DNA of 64,000 nt, from assembly GCA_951406725.2 (NCBI GenBank), contig OX597830.1, positions 46,810,001 to 46,874,000 on the forward strand, read 5' to 3'. The notes under the pieces are model-generated. The model saw only the letters and a program-made list of their open reading frames with translations. It did no database searches and was not told the DNA's origin. Origin of the DNA: Octopus vulgaris (taxonomy: Eukaryota). The position numbers were made by a program, and so were the translations under genes. Shown here one piece after another: positions 16,381-28,900 of this stretch. Every line of letters begins with the position of its first letter. The stretch's first letter is position 1.

Positions 16381-17014
16381 AAACATTTACCAGCCGCATC
16401 TACGACGGTATACGATACCTGTCGCTCGCGTGATCACTTCGGGGACGAACTCACTTCGCACAGCTCTGCAATATATTGTGCTTTTTAATACTATACGTCT
16501 GTAAAAAGAATTTTCTGGGCGGAAAACCGATGCTTCTGGCATTTAAATAACACACACGCACGAAACATGTGGCAACGATAATGTATGTGTGTATGTATGT
16601 ATGTATGTATGTATGTATGTATGTATATATATGCTCAAACAGCGTCAGGCCATTGGCATTCTTTTTTCCGATGCCGTAATGTCCTCGTCCATCCCATGTC
16701 TCATGATCTCTGCCGACTCGGGCATTGAAATGAAGTGTGTGTGTATGTATGTATGTATGTATAAAACCAGTTCTGCGCTATAAATATTGCATCAAGGAGC
16801 GTCGAGTGCTTTGCTGTGGTGAATCAATTCTCAGCGATTCGTTAGTTGAGATTTAAGAGATTTCCACTGTGTTTACGGTATACCACTTTCTGTATTACGA
16901 CAGCCACGATTATACATGAATGTATGTCTTAGATTTGTATTAAGGAAATGAGGTGAATCTACTGCATGCGTATATTTGCACGCGCTTATCTTAGGTACAG
17001 GTATGTATGTATGT

Positions 17015-17515
17015 CATTGTTCAGTTTTATTTCAAGATTTCTTGCTAATAGAGCAAGAGCCGGTTTCTAACCTAGATCCAAGGTTCCTTCATTGGAATTT
17101 CAACATCAACAACAGGGTATTTTTGTTTGTATGTATGTATATATGCAGATTTATATGTTTTGCTTTATGTATGTATTCTTATGCATATAGTTGCATATCT
17201 AGACATGCTTATATATATTTAAATCATAAACTTCTGGAAAGTTTTACAGATTTTTTACATTTCCACTGATGGATTGGATTTGTAGTCTTCGAATTAGCTT
17301 TCTCCTTTCTGGTTTTGAGAAGCCTAATTTCTCAGGTCTGGTATTTAGGCAGTGTGTTACATATCCCAGGACTTCAGTAATTGCAGGTATAAACATGAAT
17401 TTGTAATCCAGATAGAGTAACTGCAGATTTCTCAATAGTTCTTTCCACAACTGTACAGTTTGTCTTCTCTATGCCAAATCGTTATATCAGGTTTGTTGTG
17501 CTTACATTTTATTGA
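17015..17515 (-). mobile_element. 5'-truncated R4/Dong-like (RLE) LINE 3' end inside (ATAC)n
   Basis: Minus-strand peptides KCKHNKPDITIWHREDKLCTV and ELLRNLQLLYLDYKFMFIPAI...KLIRRLQIQSISG (PD-D/ExK region); same family as 48017-48880; (GTAT)n on both sides. Confidence 0.8.
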
Positions 17516-17575
17516 TGTATGTATGTATGTATGTATGTATGTATGTATGTATGTATGTATGTATGTATGTATGTG

Positions 17576-17680
17576 TCTTTTCTATTTCTTACTTATAAAT
17601 CTTACCCTGAGGTGGGAGCCAGTTTCTAACAAAGATACAAGGCTCCATCTTTCAAACTTGAGAAAAGTCTTGCATATTTG
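17576..17680 (-). mobile_element. Extreme 3' end of a related RLE LINE subfamily inside (ATAC)n
   Basis: ICKTFLKF matches the ORF-end motif VKICKTF of 48017-48880; shares the GAGCC.GTTTCTAAC..AGAT.CAAGG.TCC 3' motif. Confidence 0.6.
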
Positions 17681-17870
17681 TTTATATGTACGTACGTACG
17701 TATGTATGTATGTATGTATGTATGTATGTATGTATGTATGTATGTATGTATGTATGTATGTATGTATGTATGTATGCATGTATGTATGTATGCATGTATG
17801 TATGTATGTATGTATGTATGTATGTATGTATGTATGTATGTGTGTATCTGTCTGTCTGTCAGTCTAACTG

Positions 17871-17976
<106 letters not shown>

Positions 17977-17985
17977 AATATATAT

Positions 17986-18155
17986 ATATATAAATAAATG
18001 GAGTTAAATGCAGGTGTTATTCAAATTCTTTTACTTCTGACAGATGTTTCGAAGATATCACTGGAATAATACCAGTGATATCTTCGAAACATGTGTCGGA
18101 AGTAAAAGAATTTGAATAACACCTGCATTTAACTACATTCATTTATTTATATATA
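17986..18155. repeat. Near-perfect inverted repeat (63-bp core arms 18002-18064 and 18072-18134, 7-nt spacer); probable Penelope-like fold-back terminus
   Basis: Core arms are reverse complements with 2 mismatches; right arm contains GAAACATGTGTC, resembling the 3' half of a minimal HHR. Confidence 0.85.
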
Positions 18156-18304
18156 TTATACAAAATATTTCACGTAAACCTGGAGTTTCTACCTTTAAAA
18201 ACAAGGAGTTACACCCTTTTTACTTGAGTGAATTTTTGCTATCCTGGTAACTATTTGTCTATTTTTTCCGTCTTAATTGTTAACAAGGTAAAAATACACA
18301 CATC

Positions 18305-18359
<55 letters not shown>

Positions 18360-18784
18360 GCATCCATACACAGATACATATACACAAACATATATTATAT
18401 ATATATGTAGTAATGCTTGTTTTTATATAAGGTGATACACAATTTAAAACTGAAATGAAAGATCGTTCATTTCTTTTTTTTTAGAAGAATTCGTATTTAG
18501 TAAATTTTACAAATAAACGTTCGACAGTAACTTCCAGCCTTTGCCTCACTTCATATAGACCTCATTGAGAAATAGAGAAGATTTCTGTGCGACGCTTTCG
18601 CTTGTTAGCAGCTCTTTAGTCACGTGGTTCTATATAAATGTATATGCGTGCGTTTGTGCGTATGTATGTATGTATGTACCCACAGACGTACATATATGTA
18701 TTTATGCTTGTACGTATACTCATAAATATATATATATATTTATATATGCATATGTATGTATGTATGTATTACCTACCTACCTTC

Positions 18785-18863
<79 letters not shown>

Positions 18864-19061
18864 CACACACACACATACACACACACGCTCAAAACCATAA
18901 CAGCAATGGTAATGCTGTATCTAAGCATGATTTAAAACTTTAACTCAAAGAACCGCCCACGATGCCGTTGTCCTTTCCCGAAAACAACAAAAGCAAACAA
19001 AACGTTTTAAAAATCTGTTTCTCCTTATTGGACTTACTTGTTATAATACATTACTATACAC

Positions 19062-19133
<72 letters not shown>

Positions 19134-19188
19134 ATGTATATATATATATGTATACATGTGTATATGTGTATGTATATATATATATATA

Positions 19189-19236
<48 letters not shown>

Positions 19237-19461
19237 CACATATATAGATAAATAGATAGATAAATAGATAGATAGATAAATAGATAGGTAGATAGGCAGA
19301 TAGATAGATACACACACACAGCTACACGTGTATATATATAAATACAGAAATATGCTGACACACACAAATACACGGTCATGTAAATACATGCATATATATC
19401 TGTATGTATGTATGTATGTATGTATGTATGTATGTATGTATGTATGTATGTATGTATCTAT

Positions 19462-19655
19462 GTTTCTCTCATTGTTCCTTTTCTGTGTATCTTTCTGTCG
19501 AAGAGCGTAGGCTCGAAACGTAAAAGACTTGTTTTATTTCTATTCCTGAGCGCCATACTAATACATTGTTTGTTTGTACTCCACCTGCCTTCGTCTTTTG
19601 TTTATTTTCGTAAACCTGCCTTCGTCTTTTGTTTATTCTCGTAAACCTTCCGTTA
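19462..19655 (+). mobile_element. Penelope-like terminal fragment with U6-variant minimal hammerhead (19490-19527) and a ~31-bp internal tandem duplication
   Basis: TCTTT-CTGTCGA-A-GAGC-GTAG-GCTC-GAAA-CG-TA-AAAGA; CCTGCCTTCGTCTTTTGTTTATT(T/C)TCGTAAA occurs twice. Confidence 0.75.
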
Positions 19656-19802
19656 TGTATCTATATGTCTATCTGTGAGTGCTTAAACACATAGAAATAT
19701 ATATTTATACATACATACATGTACACATACACATAGATACATAGATACATGTACACATCCACTCACATAATACACATGCAAACAAACACACATGCATACA
19801 AG

Positions 19803-19881
<79 letters not shown>

Positions 19882-20549
19882 GCATACGCATATACATATA
19901 TTCATACATTCATATACATACACAAATACATACATACTCACACACATGCATGCATACATACATATATACACACGTAGATTTTCATTACCAATAATCATTC
20001 CCCCCCACCACCTCCACTTCGTCTCATATTTTCTCTTCCAGTTTTTTCCTCTTAAATTTCTTTTTTCTTCCCTTTTCTCCTTTCGACAATTTTCTTGTTC
20101 TTGTCTTCTCCATTTTATTAAATTGCTTCTGTTTTCTCATCGCCGTCTTATTCGCTTTTCCATCCACATCACCCCCACCCACTCTCTCCATTTGTTTCAC
20201 TCTTTCTCACTGATTTTCTTTCATTTTACCAAATCCCGTTTTTTCCCCAATTCTGTCATTGACAGTTGTCTTATATTATGCCAGTCTCTCTTCGTCACGA
20301 GCTCAACCTCTTTGGCTCTCCCCGCCTTCCTCTCCCTGCCACTCTTTTTCTCTCCTCATCATTCCGTGTTACATAAACCACAGCACTTCACAACACTTCC
20401 TCTTGTCGCGATTAACCAATAAAGACAAGAAAAACTAAAATGAATTGGATCGGAGAAAAATAAATTTTGAAACAAAGGGAATAATAACAGTAGCAAGAAA
20501 AAAAAACTGATATTAAAAAGAGCAAGAAGTACAAGGAAGAAGACGACAG

Positions 20550-20605
<56 letters not shown>

Positions 20606-20905
20606 TAATAACAACAACAATAACTTTGAAAACGGATATAACTGAACCCAACGATTTCTATATATTTTTTTTAATATTTTGTTCAATGTTCGTCGAGAAA
20701 TTGAAGATTTCGAAGACTCTCTTAGTTTTTAAACTAATAAATAAATATATTAAAGAGAAATAAATAAATGATGAAGGAAAAAAAAGACAGAAACATAGAA
20801 AAACAACAAAAAATAAAGGCGTTTTAAAAGAATTTAACAACGAGAAAGGTTAAGAAATCTACTGCAATATTGACTTGGTGGAAATCTTTTAGCGGTAGGC
20901 GTTAA

Positions 20906-20971
<66 letters not shown>

Positions 20972-21239
20972 AATATACAGACATACGCACACAGAGAAGA
21001 TAAAGATGTGAAACAAAATAAATAGCTATATAAAAATAATTATGATGATAATAATAATGATAATAAAAAAAACAGCCGACCAAAATCGATTAACCAGCTA
21101 AAAGCCAAATTGAAACACTAAATTGAACAGCTTCCTCCATCTTTGACACGATTCTTTACTTTCATTTTGTGTTGCGAATTTTGCAAAACACACGTTGTGT
21201 GGTTTTATAATAAAGCGCTTGAAAAATAAGAATAACATA

Positions 21240-21264
21240 TTTGTTGTTGTTGTTGTTGTAGTAG

Positions 21265-21302
<38 letters not shown>

Positions 21303-21392
21303 CTTCTTCTTCTTCTTCTTCTTCTTCTTCTTCTTCTTCTTCTTCTTCTTCTTCTTCTTCTTCTTCTTCTTCTTCTTCTTCTTCTTCTTCTT
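21240..21392. repeat. Compound (GTT)n(CTT)n trinucleotide microsatellite
   Basis: Direct inspection. Confidence 0.95.
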
Positions 21393-21729
21393 CCTTTTCT
21401 TCTTTTCTTTCTTTCCTTCCTTTTCTTCTTTTCTTTCTTTTCGCCATCTGCCGTTAAACATGCCTAAGTTAAACAAGCTAAATTGATATAATGGCAGAAA
21501 TGAGCTGTAGTTGTTCACAAACAAATCTCCTCCAACTTTTCGTCTTTTATTACGAAAACTGCCGATTCTAATATATTTTAAATAAGTTTCTTTCCTTATT
21601 TTTTTTATGAGATATTGAAAACTACAGTATCCGAGAATAATGGCGGTGATTTGTGTTGGTAAAATTTCATTCATCGATGTTTTTATAGAAGAGTTCTGTG
21701 AATTGGTTTGCGGTAAGAAGTGAAAAGAA

Positions 21730-22520
21730 TCCAATGCTCAGAGAATTTGCCTATCTTCTGAGATTGAAATGAATAAGGAATATCGTTTGGTTGCAAGATG
21801 GAGAATGCTTGTCTGAGAGATCAACAATGCTACTCAACGTTTTGTAGGGTTTAGTGAATAAAGGAAAATGGTGACAGAGAAAGGAGAAGGAATCAGTTCT
21901 AGATGTCGAATCACCTTCCGAGCAGAAGTTTGGTTTAATTGCTTGCCACAGGGTGGACTCCTCTCAGAACAACCAGGTGCAAAGTTGCCGTGAGGGGAGA
22001 GTAAGAAATGACCATACTCTTGGCATATGAAGAAGCTACGTCTAGACGAGTCAGACGTAGGTTCAAATTTAATTTGAATATCTTCAGATCGATGTCTACA
22101 AGAGAGAATTTACGAGGGGTGCAAGTCTGGGTGGGTGCAGTATTTAGTACAGGACCCGGTGGTGGAACGAGAGATCGTGAAAGGAAGAGGGGGAGGAGAG
22201 ACGAGTATATTGAGAGCGACTTGGTTTGTTTGTGACTGTGCCTATTCGTGTGCATGTGTAAGCGGCTTCGCAATTCGGTGGAGTAGAGGGCCTTGTACTA
22301 CAGCAGAAAAAGGTAAAAATAGGAAACCAACATGAATGGAATCCAGTGGTTATAGAGCGTTGATGAATAGACATTTGCTAAACAGTCGAATGGCTGTCTT
22401 TGGGACTCACTCGACGATGTTGCTCTATGGAATAGCTGCACGGTGACAAAATAACTGCCAGTTTTACTATTCTTAGAGAAACCACTCTTCGGAACTCGTT
22501 CTGCCCTAAAGATTCCAAAC
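21730..22520 (-). pseudogene. Possible degraded Penelope-like ORF N-terminal region
   Basis: Frameshifted SKCL/HQRSITTGFHS resembles the Penelope N-terminal SRCL..RLIPKGF motif, followed by Pro/Ser/Thr-rich sequence; weak. Confidence 0.25.
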
Positions 22521-22699
22521 ACTCCTAATAAATCAATAAAACGAAGAATTAATCTCTCTCTTTTTCTCTCTCACCCCTTCTCTCTCTTTCTCTCTCTTTC
22601 TCTATCTCCCTCTTTCTCTCTCTCTCTCTAACTGTTTTTCTGTCTGTCTGTCTGTCTGTTTGTCTATCCGTCTGTCTGTCTGTTTTATCTTTTATTTTT

Positions 22700-23170
22700 T
22701 GCTTGTATCAGCCATTGGACTACGGCCATGCTGTGGCATCGCCTTGAAGGGTTTAGTCTAACAAATCGACTTATATTAAAGTCAGGTGCTCCTCATATAG
22801 GTTTCTTTTGTCGAATTGCTAGCACGGGGATGTAAATAAACTAACACCGCTTGTCGAGCGGTGTTGGGGGAGGAAACACAAACGTAAAGGCACACGCACA
22901 CACACGCACAGACACATATAAACACATACATATAAACACATATAAACACATGCATATAAGCACACACACACACAAAGACACAGATACACAGACACACATC
23001 CAAACACATGGACACACACACACACACGCGATGAGTTTCAACATAGTTTCCGTGCACCAAAGTCACTCACAATGCATTGCTGGTCCCAGAACTATAATAG
23101 CGGATCCTTGTAAAGATGTCACCTCGGGGCATCAGGTTTGATACCCGATTGCAAAACAAACTTTCTAGCC
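22700..23170 (-). mobile_element. Degenerate SINE family B
   Basis: CAGCCATTGGACTACGGCCATGCTGTGGCATCGCCTT...internal CA repeat...AGTTTCCGTGCACCAAAGTCACTCACAA; a separate short 3' fragment lies at 23470-23519. Confidence 0.7.
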
Positions 23171-23206
23171 AGACGGTTATTCTGTTACGCGAGCGCGACG
23201 GGCGTG

Positions 23207-23265
<59 letters not shown>

Positions 23266-23386
23266 GTGTAATAAACAAGCGACTGCTTAGATTCCAAGGC
23301 ATTAGAAACTAGAAGAAACATAGAAATAAACAGAATAGTGATCCCATTCACCCACTAACATGTGTGTGTATGTGTACATATATATA

Positions 23387-23464
<78 letters not shown>

Positions 23465-24652
23465 TTTTCTTTTTTACTTGTCTCAGTCATTTGACTGTTG
23501 CCATGCTGGAGCACCGCCTATATATATATAGGTATGTATGTATATATGTATGTGTATGTAAAACAGATACAACACACATGCACATACAAATGTGCAGGCA
23601 CGCGCGTGCATACACACACACACACTTATAAGCGTGCGTAAATTTCGACACTTCTGTGAGGCGCAGAGAAACCGGATTCCTGTTGAATCGTGACCAAAAC
23701 GTGTTTGCCCGTTGGCTGTCGCAGCAGAAATGTTCCATCGTCAAATATATTTTATAAAGTAATTCTTGATTCCATTTTGCTACTGCTGTTGTTGTTGTTG
23801 TTGTTGTTGTTACTGTTATTGTCACTTGTGTTCTTCCTGTCGCTCGTATTGTTATCACTTCGCATTATTCTCATCGCCGCCATCATCGTAGCCCTCACTT
23901 TTGATGCGATCTCATTATGAAAGTTCTGTAGCTTTTAGTTTTGTCCTTTCTTCATTGTACAATGAGTAACGCTCCGTTTTTTTTCATCATCGCCTTTACA
24001 AATATTTCTACACCATTCACACTAATATAATAACTCAATTTAGCATTTTGCAATATCGATTTTGACGGTTAGAAATGTATGAAATGTATAGAGTTGCCTT
24101 GTAAAGAGCGAATGGAAAGAGTTTAGAACACGAACAACAAACAAACCCTATGATATCACATTTAAAAATCAATAACATAACTTCTATCATCACACTTACA
24201 CCTACGTACGTATGTATATACGTAAATATACCTACACACATACGAAATAGCAAAACAAGCACGGGCATATAGATTCATATGAATATTACTATTTTCTGTT
24301 GGTATTGTTTGAATTTTGTTTTCTGCTGATTTGCTGTGTCGTTTGTGTGACTGAGGATGTTTGCAAAATCCTCCTTTCCCTGTCAAATCTCCATTGTTAT
24401 AGAATCTCTGTTGAAGTTGACAAGTAAGCATCTGTATGTGCCGCTCCCCTTTCAGTCCAACTTCACACTGCACGCACAAGACGCATCTCCTCCAATCGTA
24501 TCCCTCACCCCACTTCGTATCCATTTCACCAGGTTCTTTATCGTGCATACATGCATATCAAGTGCAGAAGTATCTGCCCTCGCCCGTAGCTTCAACCCAG
24601 CAGGACCACCAGCGATAACACGGCCCCTCCTATAACCATGAAACAATTTAAA

Positions 24653-24745
24653 GGCGGCGAGCTGGCAGAAACGTTAGACTTAATCCGTTTGTCTGTCCTT
24701 GTTTGTTCCCTCTGTGTTTAGCCCCTTGTGGGTAGTAAAGAAATA
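24653..24745 (+). mobile_element. Internally deleted SINE family A (head fused to tail)
   Basis: GGCGGCGAGCTGGCAGAAACGTTA joined directly to GACTTAATCCGTTTGTCTGTCC...GTAAAGAAATA. Confidence 0.85.
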
Positions 24746-24944
24746 TATGTAATCCTGAAACAATGTACCTTAGAGGTTTATGGGAAGCAAGAACGAGAGT
24801 TAGAGGGCACAGGGAAAGAAGGGTCATATTTGTTATCTTTCACTTGCTTCAGTCACTAAAACACGGCCATGCTGGGGCATCGGATGATTAGATAGAGGCC
24901 GAAAACGAGAAGACAGAAGTGGATAAGAAAGAGGAGAACAGATG

Positions 24945-25092
<148 letters not shown>

Positions 25093-25123
25093 TACAACGG
25101 CACACGGTATGTTGTATTTGCAA

Positions 25124-25354
25124 GGCGGCGAGCTGGCAGAAACGTTAGCACGCCGGGCGAAATGCTTAGCGGTATTTCGTCTGCCGTTACGTTTTGAGCT
25201 CAAATTCCGCCGAGGTCGACTTTGCCTTTCATCCTTTCGGGGTCGATAAATTAAGTACCAGTTACGCACTGGGGTCGATGTAATCGACTTAATCCGTTTG
25301 TCTGTCCTTGTTTGTCCACTCTATTTTTAGCCCCTTATGGGTAGTAAAGAAATA
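25124..25354 (+). mobile_element. Young full-length SINE family A with 18-bp TSD
   Basis: TSD GGTATGTTGTATTTGCAA at 25106-25123 and 25355-25372. Confidence 0.95.
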
Positions 25355-25710
25355 GGTATGTTGTATTTGCAAGTTGTATTACAACCAAACATGACGAACA
25401 AGGGGAAGAGTACTGAATACAGGCACAGAGTCGATATTATAATAGTTAAAAGCTGACAACGGTTTCATTTTGTAATGTTTCTTGCCAAGACGGCGGCAGT
25501 CCACATGTAAGATCTCCGGGTTTTATGAATATTTGGAAAAGCAAACACTTGGGGTCGTTGTTCATATTCGCTTGTTTACAAATTAATTAGGCTTAATCTG
25601 ATTTATATTAATTTCGAACAGAAAGCTTATTGCAAACATAACTCTTTCAAGAAGGTAATTAAACACTGACGCACGCACACACACGCATGTATATATACAC
25701 ACACATATAT

Positions 25711-25759
<49 letters not shown>

Positions 25760-25988
25760 CACACGCACGCACACATTCACACACACACACATACACGCAC
25801 ACATATGTACATGTGTGTGGAAATTTGAATGAACCTCGGCAGTAATTCTCTTGAACTGGTTATGTGGAGTAGCATTTGCATAAATAATTTATTTGTGGAG
25901 AAAGAATAAGATAAATTGTTTATTCCCAATTGACAGAGTATGACTCTCTTAACCTTATCTAAGCAGATACACGTTGTTGTATCTAACA

Positions 25989-26020
25989 TAATAATAATAA
26001 TAATTATAATAATAATAATA

Positions 26021-26052
<32 letters not shown>

Positions 26053-26134
26053 AATAATAACAATAACAATAATAATAATAACAACAACAACAACAACAAC
26101 AATAACAATAATAATAATAATGATGATGATGATG

Positions 26135-26181
<47 letters not shown>
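25989..26181. repeat. Compound (TAA)n/(TGA)n/(CAA)n microsatellite
   Basis: Direct inspection. Confidence 0.95.
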
Positions 26182-26183
<2 letters not shown>

Positions 26184-26189
26184 CGATAG

Positions 26190-26840
26190 TTTCTGGTTTA
26201 GGCTCAAGGTTAGCAGTTTTGATTGGTGTGATAGTCGTCATGTTCGGTCCCAGTTATGGACTGGTTACTTTGTTTTATCGACCCCGAAGGGATGAAAGGC
26301 AAAGATGACCTCAGCTGGATTTGATCTGAGACAACTTCATACAGCAAGGAATTTGGCCAATCCATCACTTTTTTTGTTTCTGTTTTAGAAACAATAAAGC
26401 CAGAAATTTTGAGAGCAGGGGATTAGCCGATATCATCCACCCCAGTATATTACTGGCAATCTGTTTTATCGACTCTGATTTGATGGAAGGCAAAGTTAAC
26501 CTCGGTGAGATTTGAACTCAGAATGTAAAGAACCGGAAGAAACATTGCAAGGCATTTCGTCCGAGGCTTTGGAGATTGAGCCAATCATTCACCACTTTCC
26601 CCAATTTAGACACATAGTCAGCAATTTTGGGAGGAGGGGTGTGGTGTGTGTGTGTGTGTGTATGGGGGTTGTTAATTCTCATTAGTATTTGATTGGTACT
26701 TACTACTTCATTTGTATTTTGTTTTAATGATTCCGAGAGGACGAAAGGCAAGGTAGACTCCGAAGGGATTATAATCAGACCTTAAAAGGCCAGTACAAAC
26801 ACTGCAAGGCATTTTTCCGACACTTTATATATTCTGCCAA
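26190..26840 (-). mobile_element. Three head-to-tail degenerate SINE family A copies
   Basis: Repeated TTTTATCGAC..GA.GGATGAAAGGCAAAG..GACCTC..GATTTGA blocks near 26275, 26465 and 26730. Confidence 0.7.
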
Positions 26841-27077
26841 TAATGCCTCTGTGTGTGTGTGTGTGCGTAAATGTGTAAGTGTGTGCGTAATTTAATATGA
26901 AGATGAGGCTTTCATGCTCTGTTAAAGCTTTGCGTTTCCGCTTGTTAACACTTTTTCATATTAATTCTAATTCATGTATTGACTGCCTTCCTTCCACCCC
27001 GTTTATAAACTATATTTATCTACACCCCTAATACTTACACCTTTCCAAGCACACACTCACACTCACATATATATATA

Positions 27078-27174
<97 letters not shown>

Positions 27175-27769
27175 GTGTGTGCGTGTGGGAACAAATATTC
27201 CTAAAAAAATAATGTCCCCAGAAACAAAATTTTCACCATTTTTGCCTTCTTTGTTTATGCTGTTAGCAATGCCAGTGAAATCTCGCCACATATTCTCACG
27301 ATTTCCGTTCACAAGGAAACTACTTTAACCAAACATTCCATTAAAAGTGATTAAACACAGCTGAGATTGACAGAAGCACGTCGAATCCATATCTAACCAA
27401 ACTAAAGAGACGTAGATTTCGCTCTGGTATCCTTTTGGCAGAGATAACAACACAGACCGACTTCATTTGCAATATCGTATTGCATCTGATTTCCTTTGCT
27501 TCCTACTGATTCAATTGAGGGACATCGAGCGTAATGTTGTCTTCATTTTTCTGCATTAATGGCGGCTCAGTGTGTAAGGATTTTCCTGTTGTTCTGAATG
27601 GAGCTTTACTGTCGTGCTGCAATCAAATTGGAACAGCAACATTTGTTAACATAGTACAGATTCTTACGTGTGTGTCACTTTAGCCTCTGATATGAGGACA
27701 TCCACTAGGTGGTCACTCTTACTGCTAAAAGTAGAAGACGAATCTACCTCAAACCACACCGTAGCCACT

Positions 27770-28041
<272 letters not shown>

Positions 28042-28515
28042 ATATATATATATACGCATGGTGTGTCCATGATTTTGTGCATCAGAGTGTTTAACTGTTT
28101 GTGTATGTGTCTGTATGCATATAGTGTGTGTGTGTTTGTGTCCGTTTATGTATAATTAGGAATACGCTCACACTTTTCAACACTGTGGCTGTAACATGGC
28201 GATTGGTTAAGAAGTCCGCTCCGTAATTATGAGAACCCGTATTCTAACGCATTGCATAGCGTTTTGGGCATTTGTCTTCTACTATGGACTCGTGTCGGAT
28301 TTTGTCTTTGAATAACAACGAGAAGAAGGAAATTGTGTGAAACCCTGTCAAATGGGTGATATTTGTAATACAAAGGTCCGGTCTCGACATGCACCGTCAC
28401 GCATCATCACGCACTGTCACGCTGATTCCACTTGCGAATTACGTTAAGGGTGCATGTGTCTATGGAATACTCAGCCGGTTGTACGTTAATTTAACAGATA
28501 CGTAGTTCACTTGAT

Positions 28516-28900
28516 GGAGGCACAATGGCCCAGTGGTTAGGGCAGCGGACTCGCGGTCATAGGATCGCCGTTTCGATTTCCAGACCGGGCGTTGTGAGTG
28601 TTTATTGAGCGAAAACACCTAAAGCTCCACGAGGCTCCGGCAGGAGGTGGTGGAGAACCCTGATGTACTCTTTCACTACAACTTTCTCTCACTCTTTCTT
28701 CCTGTTTCTGTTGTACCTAAATTTCAAAGGGGCCAGCCTTGTCACACTCTGTGTCACGCTGAATCTCCCCGAGAACTACGTTAAGGGTACATGTGTCTGT
28801 GGAATGCTCAGCTACTTGCATGTTAATTTCACGAGCAGGCTGTTCTGTTGATCGGATCAACTGGAACCCTCGTCGTCGTAACTGACGGAGTACCAGTCAT
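28516..28900 (+). mobile_element. Full-length tRNA-derived SINE family C with 10-bp TSD, nested in an older copy of the same family (about 28365-28960)
   Basis: A box TGGCCCAGTGG, B-box-like GTTTCGATTTC; TSD TTCACTTGAT at 28506-28515 and 28901-28910; related fragments at 30415-30610 and 61951-62231. Confidence 0.9.

Noticed and set aside
24340-24640. Cys-containing minus-strand ORF (128 aa)
   Set aside because: No clear domain; at most a faint resemblance to a decayed RTE-type LINE Cys-rich segment.
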